From Callorhinchus milii (lineage: Eukaryota), in NCBI RefSeq assembly GCF_018977255.1, contig NW_024704742.1, positions 48,176,001-48,240,000 on the forward strand: DNA of 64,000 nucleotides, read 5' to 3'. The notes beneath the pieces are model-generated. The model did no database searches and had not been told where the DNA came from. It saw nothing but the letters and a program-made list of their open reading frames with translations. Position numbers and translations under genes: made by a program. This document shows, one piece after another, positions 1 to 10,629 of the stretch; the stretch's first letter is position 1, and each line of letters begins with the position of its first letter.

Positions 1-2233
1 CGAACAGGGTTGGCCTATGAGAGAGAAAGAAAGAACTAAAACAACCATACAAGTTTTATCGTGGTTTACAGCAGAACGCGTGAAAGGAATTATAATAAAT
101 GTTATTTGCATTTGATATAGCAGCTTATCAGGTAACTGAGATGTCTCAAAGTGCTTCACAGAATTTACTTGAAAGTGTAGTGATTATATTTTGCAGGCAC
201 AAGCCAATTTGCTCAGAGCAATGTCTCACAAACAGCAATGACCAATTCACAAATAATTACTGTCAAGTGCAGTGACTATTTTTGTATGTAAACATGGCAA
301 ACATTTGCACTAATGGAATCCTTAAAAACTCATTTCACCCACAAAATACAAAGTCAATCCACGTTACAGTAGACCCTGTGAAGCGCTTTGAGACATCTCG
401 ATGACATGATAAGGTGCTAAATCAAATGCAAGGATTATTATTATTTATGAGGTAAATGCTGAATATTATCAGGCCAGGACAGCGGGAGGAACTCCTTTCT
501 CTATTGATTAGTGTCATGGAATGTTTAATGTCTACTGGAGAAAGATAGCCAGGAACCTGGTTTAATTACTCATTCAAAAAAAAAACACATTGAATCTTGC
601 CGCAATCCCTTTGTATTGCACTAGAAGATTGTGAACTCAAATTCTGCTGTGGGGCATAACTTTCATACCCAGAGGAGTGAGAGTTACCAACTCTTCAAAG
701 TAGAAAATTAGGAATTTAGAAACTCCATCATATGTTGGCTGACCTCAAGTGCCTCAGTATGCAACAACAACAACTTGCACCCTTCATCTAGGATAGCATC
801 TCAGAGCGCTGAAATGTTTGTTTTGCATTGTCACATACATGGAACACTCCTGGCTTCCGGCACTGACTAGTCAGCTTTCTGCATATATCACGCATGTGCA
901 ACGTGCAGAAAATGACATCAATGGTGATCTGATGAGCCGGAATTGCTGACCAAATGACTTTTCTTTTACGTGCCCCAATATAACACAAGGTCTGAGTTTA
1001 TCGACCCACCGTGCTACAACTGGGTTGGCCTGTAAAATGTTTTCAATACAAAATATCTGTATCAATTGCAAAACAATTAATCTTTGAAAGCACCAGTAGG
1101 AAGGTTGAAGGACATGGTTGGGGTAGAGTATATTACTATAAATAATAATAAAATAATAATCATAATAATCCTCAACGTTACGATGGGACAGACGCGATGG
1201 GCTAAATGGCCTCCTTCTGTGCTGTATAATTCTATGAAAGCACTTCACAGGATTCGTTGCAAAGTGTAAAAATTGCATATATTGAAGGATTCCGTGTGTT
1301 GGGGGAAGTTTTATTTGGCAGATCCTTTTTGAAGAATTGGTTCGGCATAGCAGTTGACTCAATTCTCTGTAAAATAAAATTGCTTATGAGAACTGTGGTA
1401 TCAGCACTGTATCAAATTCAAGGATCATTAATATCAAATCCAAGTATTATTATTTTTATTATGATTGAATAAGTCAGTGCAAGCGCAGATACAGAGGATT
1501 TGTAGAACAGACTCCTTGGTTACCTGTCGGATCTATTGGCAATATGCATTGCTTTCTATGGATGTAGGAACTAGAGACTTCTGGATACCAAAGAAAAGCT
1601 TTCACTGGCTTTTGGTCTAAATAATTTAAAGTAAAACATGTCATTGTGTTTCATCTGCATTAAAAATAAATGTTCTTTGTTTGGTTAAAATATGTCAAGG
1701 CTATGAAATAAAAATCTTGTAACATCTGCTTTTTTTTCAAAACATGTGTTATTTATACTTTGTTGTTTGCCAGCTATTTGCCAATCTATAATAAGGAGAA
1801 CATGATGGACGACTTGTTCATCAATCTAGTTTGTGCTGGTGCACAGAGAACACCATCTCAATCCAAAGGCACTATCCAGCACCTTTGGAATGTATTCCTA
1901 GGTGGACACCAGTGACCTGAAATTACTCATGGCTCATTGTGTTTGCCAGGGTATCTGTGTGTGAGTGTGTTTGTGTGTTAGGGGTTGGGGATTATTGGCG
2001 AATCCTTATTGTAGATATAACTGCTGATGCTGGGTTGGCTTCTCAATTGTTTTCTTGTTGATATGGACCTTTCCAGTTTCAGAGGGCAATTCTTTGATAG
2101 TTTGTACCTTTACTGATGTAGGCAAATATGCACGTTTGACATTCCCTTGATCCCGAGACTTTAATTCATTAAACTTCTTCTTTAACTCATTTCAGGATAA
2201 GGATTATTTTTGCATCTTGTCCACATTTGTCAT
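1..2233 (-). pseudogene. Candidate decayed multi-exon protein-coding gene (product unknown)
   Basis: Exon-like segments 2233-1759, 1616-1524, 1366-~1280, 1029-839 and 14-<1 have AG/GT boundaries with compatible phases. The frame runs without frameshift but carries several in-frame stops. Confidence 0.4.
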
Positions 2234-2949
2234 TGTTAAAATACATATTTCAATGCATATTTCATAGGTTCAATGAAGTACATTTGATATGTAATACTGG
2301 TAAGCAAATGTTACATTCCCACAAGGACTAATTGCCAGTTAATTGATAGCTCATGCTTTATAATATCTAAAATACCTATTCAGGCTTCCATGGCATTGTT
2401 CCAAGAAGAGTTACAGGTACAAATATAATAATCCTTGCATTTGATATAGAGCTTGATCACATTGTTATACGACTCAAGGAGCTTCACAGGATATACTGTA
2501 AAGTGAATTGACTGTATACTCTGTGAGTGAAAGGTAGCGTTTTCTATGTTCAACAGAAAGTGTCTGAGTGTAATTTTGATGTTGCGGGTGTGAACAATGA
2601 GACCCAAAAGAGAGAAGATGTTGCCGTCAATGTAATTGATGTCAAACTCTCCTGCTGCCAGTGACTGATATTGTGTGGCAAGGTTAACAAGGGATCAGTA
2701 TCAGCTTTCTGATGATTGAAATTAAGTTGTCAGCTTCAGTTATGCTACATTATTTAGCAACCAAGGACCCACTTATGAACTCTATAAAAGTTCACATTTA
2801 ATAAATAACCTGGTCAAATCCTTTTGAAGGAAGATGGAATATTTCAATTGATACACACTCCAGTACATTTCAGTGCACAGGAAATACCATTGCCACATGA
2901 GCTCAATAATATTCAGTTCATAGTAATTTGAAATTTAGATGTACTGTTG

Positions 2950-3181
2950 GAGTAAAATTCCACTTGGGTCCAAAGTTACTCTATTTATGTATCATTTTAG
3001 AGTGTCCAGAATCTGGCGAATTGCTGAATTAAGTCTTACCTTTGAATTTTTTTTGTAGTTCTTAAAAGGATTTATAGAAAAACGGCTTCAAATGTAAGAC
3101 TTGGTTCAGAATTTGACAACTCCTGGATGCTCTAAATGCCATATGAACTAAGTAAATCTGGACCCAGTGTAATTTCACTTC
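2950..3181. repeat. Imperfect ~230-bp palindrome (MITE-like hairpin)
   Basis: Arms pair across ~100 bp, e.g. TGGGTCCA/TGGACCCA, TTTAGAGTGTCCAG/CTGGATGCTCTAAA and AAGTCTTAC/GTAAGACTT. Confidence 0.75.
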
Positions 3182-3542
3182 TTCTTATGTCTCCAGTTAG
3201 AAGTATCAATTAAAGCCCAGTGTTATACAGGACTAACTGCATTCTCATTGAAACAGTAAATGCATTTTCCGCTCGAAAGCAAGAATAAATAGACGATATT
3301 CTGATTGTTTATCATTAAAGTGACTGTTATTTAAAATTATGTGTTTAATTTGTAAAATGCACAGCAAGTAGTTCTTAATACTGTATATTCCAATAGATTA
3401 ATGCATTTTAGAAACTAATTGGGCCAGTCTGTCTAAACAATGGGGGAACCAGCACCAACACAAGACACAATGAGTTGAATAGCTTTCTTCTTTGGAGTTC
3501 TGTAGCTTAGTGGTTAGAGCACTTGCCTCGCAAGCGAGAGAC

Positions 3543-5384
3543 AACAACAAAATTACATTTGTTTAGCGCTTTTTACATTGGGAGGACATCCCAAGTCGGA
3601 GGACATCCCAAGTCGCTGGACAATCAGTGTTTTGGTCCCGAGCTGGGGTCAGGATCGGGGAAGGGGAAGGCAGAGGTGGGGGGCTGGGGGAAGGAGGGTG
3701 ATCAAAGGCATGGTCGAAGATGAGGGTCTTGAGAGGGGGTTTGAAAGTGGCAAGGGAGGGGGCGAGGCAGAGGCACTGCAGAATGGAGTTCCAGAAGGTG
3801 GGAGCAGAGTGGCTGAAGGAGCACCTGCCAATGGTGGGATGGGTGAGGCGGCTGACATGAAACAGGCCGAAGTCCGCTGAACAGAGAGAACGAGCAGGTT
3901 GGTAGGGGGTTAGAAGGTTGCCAAGGTAGGGGGGAGCGAGGCCATGGAGGGCTTTGAAGGTGTGGACCAGGATCTTGAACTGTATCCTCTGTGTGATGGG
4001 AAGCCAGTGGAGTCAGGCGAGGATAGTAATAATCCTTCCATTTGATATAATGCTTTATCATACCTCAAGACATCTTAAAGCACTTCACAGAATATACTGT
4101 AAAGTGAATTGACTGTATATTTTGTGGGCGAAACCCAGCAACCAATTGCACACAGCAGCATCCCACAAACAGTCGTGGATTGAAGTGACAAATTTATTAT
4201 ATTTTTTAAGGAATTATTACGCCTGGTAAAGCAATCTTGCCAATCGACTAACAACTGGGTTCCTACTTACTGCTAGGCGCGTGGAGTAACTTGCCCAACA
4301 TTCCGCCCTGCTGGGAATTGAACCCAGGTCTCTTGGTTGCGAGACGAGTGCTCTAACCACTGAGCTACAGAACTCCGAAGGATGGGTGTGATAGGGTCAC
4401 GGAGCCCAGTGCAGAAGAGGACACAGGCAGCCTACGGAGGGAGGAAATCGGGAGACCGGCAAGCAAGGAGTTTGCAAGTCTGCATGTATGAGGATCTCGG
4501 CAGCCTGTGGTGTGAGACAGAGGTGGAGCCGCATGATTTTGCGGAGGTGGGGGAAGGCAGAGCGGGTCATGGCACGGATGTGGGGTAGAAAGGATAGTTG
4601 TGGATCAAACGAGATGCCAAGGTTCTGGACTAGCTTAGTAAGGTGGAGTGTGCATCCTTGGATGGTGGTGGAGCCAATAAGGAGAGCCTTGGTCTTGTTG
4701 ATGTCCAACTGTAGAAAGTTAGCTTTCATCCAGGACTTGATGTCTGACAGTGGTCCTGGAGTCGAGGGTGGAGGCAAAGAGGTAGAGTTGGGTGTCATCC
4801 GCATACATGTGAAAGTTGATCCTAAGTCTGCAGATAATGTCACCAAGAGGAAGCATATAGATATTGAAGAGGAGGCGACCAAGGACAGAGCCCTGAGGAA
4901 CGCCGCACAAGACAATGTAGGGGCTCGAGGAGAAACTGTTTGTGGAGATGAAGTGGAGATGATGTGAGAGGGAGGAGCTGAACCATTCAAGAACAGAACC
5001 ATGAAGTTTGAGGTGAGAGGAGAGGTGGTGGAGGAGGATAGAGTAGTCAACAGTATCGAAAGCAGCAGAAAGGTCAAGGAAGACGAGGAGGAAGAGGGAG
5101 CCCTGGTCACAGATGGACAAGATGTCATTTGTCAATTTGACCGAAGCTGTTTCTGTGCTGTGGATGGCATGGAAACCCGATTGGAGGGGATTTGTGAAGG
5201 AAGTGGCGGGAGAGGAAAGAGCAAAGCTGGGAAGCGATGATAACGTTCCAGGACATTGGACAGGAAAGGGAGGTTGGAGATGAGGCGGTAACTTAAGAGC
5301 AAGGATGGGTCTAGGGAAGGTTTTTTAAGGATAGGAGTGAGAACAGACATTTTTAAAGGGGTGGGAATGGTGCCAGTGGCCAGG
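3543..5384 (-). mobile_element. 5'-truncated, internally deleted L2 copy (interrupted by a SINE at 4025-4376)
   Basis: RT motifs [20 protein letters not shown] and YADDTQLY on minus; L2 tail and (TTG)n at 3543-3620. Confidence 0.9.
4025..4376 (-). mobile_element. tRNA-Ala-derived Deu-domain SINE (long subfamily)
   Basis: Head GGAGTTCTGTAGCTCAGTGGTTAGAGC, B-box GGTTCAATTCC, Deu-like core GCTGTGTGCAATTGG, L2-like tail. Confidence 0.9.
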
Positions 5385-5839
5385 GAGACCTGGGTTTGAT
5401 TCCCGTCAGGGCAAAATTTTGGGCAAGTTTCCTTACTCCACATGCCTCTGTTTACTGAGCAGTAAGTAGGAACCTGGTTGATAGTCAATTGGCGGATCGC
5501 TTTTCCAGAGGTAATAATTCCTTAAAAAAATAATTTGGTCACTTAATCCATGACTGTTTGTAGGACAATCTGTGGGCAATTGGCTGCTGTGTTTCATCCA
5601 CAAAATATACAGTCAATTCACATTATTGTATATTCTGTGAAGCACTTTGAGACGTCTCGAAGACGTGATAAGCGCTATATCAAATGCAAGGATTATTATT
5701 TATTTATAAATATTGTACAGTATCAGAGGTTAAAAAGTGCTTCTTTTGAAAGCAGAACTATTGGCCGACAGGAAAAAGGTTATGACTTGAGCTGAGTTTT
5801 TTTGAAGGGTATTACACTGAATAGTGAGACCTAAGCTCT

Positions 5840-8800
5840 AAGGCGATCTTGGGTGTTGCCACACGGGGAGTGATGGCAGGACAGTGCGGGAAGGAGCCTG
5901 GGCCTACCTTCTCAGGTAATATAAAGCACGAGGCGGTAGGGAGTTCAGCTTGGGGGTGGGGGGTGGGCGTGGGGGCGGTGTGGGGGCGGAGCGGGGGAAC
6001 CGCTGACATCATAATTTAGTTTCAGGAGTGTGCGCGCGCAAAAAACAAAACAAAAACCCTCTGCGCCGCCCCCCCCCCCCCCCCCCCCCCGGGGCTCGCA
6101 TCAGGGCCCACCATGGTCCTGTTGGGTTGGCTGCCCCAGCCCCAGCCTATGGGCTAATGCCATCCACCTGACCGCTCGCTCCCGGTCCCCGCATGAGCAT
6201 TATGGCTGCCGCTCTGATCCTCGCCCCCTCACCCCCTCCCTCCCGCCCCCCTCCCCCAAACCTTCCCCCATCTGCATCTCTCCCACTCTGTCCTCCTCTC
6301 TCTCCGTCCCTCTCGCCTTCTATCCCCACTTGACCCTCCTACAACCTCCCTCTGTTCCAACCTGGGAATCCTCCGTCGGGCTCACCGTGGCACTCGGCGT
6401 TGGCTGTCCAGCAGCAGCCACACCGACTGCCCCATTCCCCACCACACTCGCCAGCCACCCCGGACACAGACCCGGGGAGCCAACCTCTCCTCCCTCATAC
6501 CCATTCCTCCCATCTCTGCCTCACAACCTGGACACCCCTCCCTCCCCACACACCTTCTGTCAACCGCTCCCTCCACATCAGACTACAAAACGTCCGCTCC
6601 CTCTGTAACAAGGCCCTGGTCATCAACGATCTCATCCTTGATGAGAGCGTTGACATTATGGCCTTAACGGAAACCTGGCTCACCCCAGGCGACACCTTCC
6701 CCCTCACGGAGGCCACAACACCCGGCTACACCTCTCACCACATCCCTCGCCCCAACCGCCGTGGCGGTGGTGTAGCCCTTATCTCAAGGACACCACTTGC
6801 CCTATCCCCCTACTCCACTGGCTCTTTCCCCTCTTTTGAGCACCTCACCCTCTCCCACCCCTCCTTCCTCTCACTCAAAATCCTCCTCCTCTACCGGCCC
6901 CCTAAAATCTCTCCCACCTTCATCTCCGATATTTCCACCCTAGTTACAGCTCTCTGCCTCTGCTCTGATCGCCTCATCATCCTGGGCGACTTCAACCTGC
7001 ACTTCACCCCCTCCTGCTCCATCTCCTCAGACTTCTCCTCCCTCCTCTCCTCGCTCAACCTCTCCCTCCACATCAACTCCCCCACTCACAGTCACGGCCA
7101 CCCACTCGATTTGGTGATCACCCGGGGCCTCAGTGTCTCGGATGTCACCGTTACCGACAAGGCCGTCTCCGATCACCACTTCATCTCCTTCACCACCTCC
7201 ACTCCCCTCCCCACCTCCACCAGACCCACCACCATCTTCTACCGCCCCTGGAAGAAGTTACCCCCACAATCCCTAACCGCTGCCTTGGAGTCCTCTGAAC
7301 TCCTCTCCCTCTGGCCTTCAAACCTCACTGACCCCTCTTCTCCTCTCACCCTCCACAACATCCTCTCCTCCACACTCGACACTCTTGCCCCCATCACCTC
7401 CCGAACTGTCTCCTACTCCCGCTCCTCCCCCTGGTTCACCACCCACCTCCGCTCACTGAAGAGCCAGGTGTGGGCCGCTGAACGCACCTGCCTCAAATCT
7501 GGCCTAACGGTCCACCGACAAATCTGGCTGGACCTCCTCAAAATCTACCGCTCCACTCTAGCCTCGGCCAAGTCGTCCTTCTACTCCAGGATAATCCTGG
7601 AGGCGAAGAACAACCCCAGGCTTCTATTTTCTACCACATCCCGACTCCTCCGTCCCCCCCGCCACCCCGCGCAGGTCATCTCCTCCAACCTTCACTGCGA
7701 GGAGATGCTGGATTTCCTTGAATCCAAAATCAAGGGAATCCGCTCCGCGGTCACTCCCCCTCCAACTTCCACCCACCCCCACCCCTTCCCTCCCACACTC
7801 CGACTCCTACCCATCCTCCCCTACACACCTTCGAACCCGTTTCCCCACCCTCTGTCACCAAACTCATCCTGTCCCTGAAACCCACCACCTGCTCCCTTGA
7901 CCCCATCCCCACTCCAATCCTTATTTCTCAGCTCCACTTCCTTGCCCCACTTATCACAGACATCATCAACCTGTCCCTCTCCTCTGGCTCTGTTCCCATT
8001 CCCCTAAAAACTGCCATCATCACTCCCACTTTGAAAAAACCCTCCCTTGATGCGTCGCAGCTATCAAGCTACCGGCCCATCTCCAACCTCCCCTTCCTGT
8101 CCAAGGTCCTTGAAAGAGTTGTCACCTCCCAGCTGCGCTCTTTCCTCTCCACCCATGCATTATTCGAACCCCTTCAGTCGGGTTTCCGTGCTGCCCATAG
8201 CACAGAAACCGCCCTGGTCAAGGTCACCAATGACATCTTGACCATCTGCGACCAGGGCTCCCTCTGCCTCCTCGTCCTCCTCGACCTATCGGCAGCATTC
8301 GATACGGTCGACCACGCTATCCTCCTCCACCGCTTGTCCTCCCACCTCAACCTTCAAGGCCCTGTCCTTGAGTGGTTTAGGTCGTACCTCTCCCACCGTC
8401 TTCATTTTGTTTCCACAAACGGCTTTTCCTCCACCCCCGCACTGTCTCGTGCGGTGTCCCTCAGGGCTCTGTCCTCGGTCCCCTCCTCTTCACCCTCTAT
8501 ATGCTCCCCCTTGGTGACATCATCCGCAGACATGGGGTTAACTTCCACATGTATGCGGATGACACCCAACTCTACCTTTCCTCCTCTACCTTCAACTCCA
8601 CGACCACCGATGTCCTGACAGCTGCCTGTCCGACATCGAGTCCTGGACGAGAGACAACTTTCTTCAGCTCAACGTGCGCAAAACTGAGGCCCTCCTGATT
8701 GGCTCACGTCAGCGCCTCCGCACCTCAGGCGCTGACACCATCAGCATCCAAGGCTGCACTCTCCACCTCTCAAAGCCAGTCAGGAACCTCGGGGTTCTGT

Positions 8801-9538
8801 TCGACCCTGAGCTGTCCTTTCTTCCTCACATCCGCGCCACAACTGGCACTGCCTTCCATCACCTCCGGAACATCGCCAGACTACGGCACTACCTCACCCC
8901 TCACGCTGCTGAAAGTCTGGTCCACGCCTTTATCATCTCAAGGCTGGACTATGGGAACTCTCTCCTCACCGGCCTTCCCGCCACCTCCCTCCACAAGCTG
9001 CAGGTCATTCAGAACTCTGCAGCTCGTGTACTGTCCCGCACCAGGCTTCGCGACCACATCACTCCCACCCTCGCTCGCCTCCACTGGCTCCCCATCCCCC
9101 AGAGGATCGAATTCAAGATCCTCATCCTCACCTACAAGGCCATTCACGGCCTCGCTCCCTCCTACACCTCCAACCTACTATCCCCCTACCTACCTGCCCG
9201 TACCCTCAGTTCCTCTGGCTCCGGTCTCCTCCACATCCCCCGCCCCAACCGCCCTACCATCGGTGGCCGGGCCTTCAGCCTCTCAGCCCCGAGGCTCTGG
9301 AAATCCATCCCCCAGTGCCTTCACCGCCTCCTCCCTTTCCTCCTTGAAGGCCGGTCTCAAGACCTTTCACTTCAGCTCCCCTCTCGACTCTCTACCCCCT
9401 CCTCGCTCCCTCCCTTCCCTCCCCTCACCCTGACCATTTCCCCCCTGCTCGGGTCCTGATCCAATTGTCCAGCGCCTTGGGACGTCCTCCCAACGTGAAA
9501 GCCGCTCTATAAATGGAATCTTGTTTTTGTTGTTGTTG
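5840..9538 (+). mobile_element. Near full-length L2-clade LINE, apparently single-ORF
   Basis: GC-rich 5' region, then APE endonuclease motifs (LQNVRSL, LTETWL, GGGVALI, YRPP, LGDFN, SDH) and RT motifs ([32 protein letters not shown]). The C-terminus LHWLPIPQRIEFK is L2-type. 3' stem-loop tail with (TTG)n. 5' boundary approximate. Confidence 0.93.
6400..9459 (+). pseudogene. L2 endonuclease-reverse transcriptase ORF, broken by a few frameshifts
   Basis: ORF track pieces 6400-7878, 8031-8618, 8501-8698 and 8674-9459 join into one APE-RT protein via frameshifts near 7.8 kb, 8.45 kb, 8.63 kb and 9.32 kb. Confidence 0.88.
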
Positions 9539-9844
9539 CTAAGATGTTGTACGTTTGCATGGTTTCACAAAGTGCAGTTTACACAGTATAACGAGTCTTA
9601 AAGGGAAGCTGAGAGTCAATAAAAATGCAAAGATGGCACACAGACTCCTTGAGCTGGAATGAGCAACTTCAGAGATTGATATATTCATAGCCAGAGTGAG
9701 GAGATGCTGGCGGGAGTCTTCACAACCTTTTGATCCCGAGGTGTGAGTGTTACCAGCTGAGCCAAGCTAACGCCTAATTTGTGTCTGAACATTTCCAGTA
9801 AATGTTTAGCTGCCACCAACAAATCTGGTCATTAATTTTTTCTT

Positions 9845-10075
9845 TTTATGGTCAGCCGAGTGTTTGATACGTGTGGAACCCCATCACCATGCTTAAGAGT
9901 GTCCAAAGCAGACTGTGCACTGTGCATGTATGCAACTGCAGATGGAAATTTCCATGTCTGGAATGAAATGCACACTCTCTCTCCAGCGTCAGAGGTGAGG
10001 AGACGCTGGTGGGAGCCAAACAGAATGCCTCCAAACCTTTTGACTCGAAAGTCCTACCAAATGAGCCAAGCTGAA
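9845..10075 (-). mobile_element. Unclassified tRNA-headed, A-tailed SINE; homologues at ~14180-14390 and ~38220-38370
   Basis: Shared block ggtcagccg..tgt.tga.acgtg.ggaa.ccc.t.accatgctt.agagt...ggaat; head-like gcttggctca.ttggta...gagtcaaaagg on minus. Confidence 0.6.
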
Positions 10076-10629
10076 CACCTAATTTGCGTGTGAAGGTTTC
10101 CAGTAAATGTGAAGCTGCTGTCAACAAATCTAATCCGATCCAAGACCGGATCTCAAAGGCACATTTGGATTCTTATGCACAGTTTTAGGCACTCTATCTT
10201 CAAAAAAATATTGAAGCTTTGGAGAGATTTAGATGGTAAACATAAGTCTTAAGTTCTCTCTTTGGCTCTATTATAGTACACTGCCATTCTGGGGATTTCA
10301 GTCCTCGCAGCCTTTTATCCCTGGATATCTTGTGTGCTCGTTCAGATGGTTGTGTATGAAAGTCTTGCCTATTTTTTGGTCCATTTGATACTTTTTTTGT
10401 ATTTAATTGCTGGCTATTAGTTGCTGACCATAAGATTCTAGATTGAAAACTGAGCCTCTCTCTCCACTTTCAGATGTTCCGCTTTTGATGTTTTCAAATT
10501 AGATTTGAAAAATGAGAAGTATGCAATTTTAAAAAAAGGAAGAATAGTAAGAATGATTCTGGGACTTAGACATGCAGAAAGGTTAACAAAGCTGAACATG
10601 TTATTAAAAAATATATTGATGAGTGTCAT

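Larger units (their letters stand above)
3494..5702 (+). mobile_element. tRNA-derived Deu-domain SINE split by the L2 insertion (head 3494-3542, remainder 5385-5702)
   Basis: The A-box head ends at gagac and resumes at gagacctgggtttgattcc (B-box). Deu-like core and (TTA)n tail follow. Confidence 0.85.

Noticed and set aside
4397..5240. Several long ORFs on both strands
   Set aside because: Alternative or antisense frames of the L2 reverse transcriptase remnant.
6030..6608. 192-aa Pro-rich ORF as L2 ORF1
   Set aside because: GTG start, low-complexity C-rich sequence, overlaps ORF2 in another frame, and shows no RRM, esterase or zinc-knuckle motifs.
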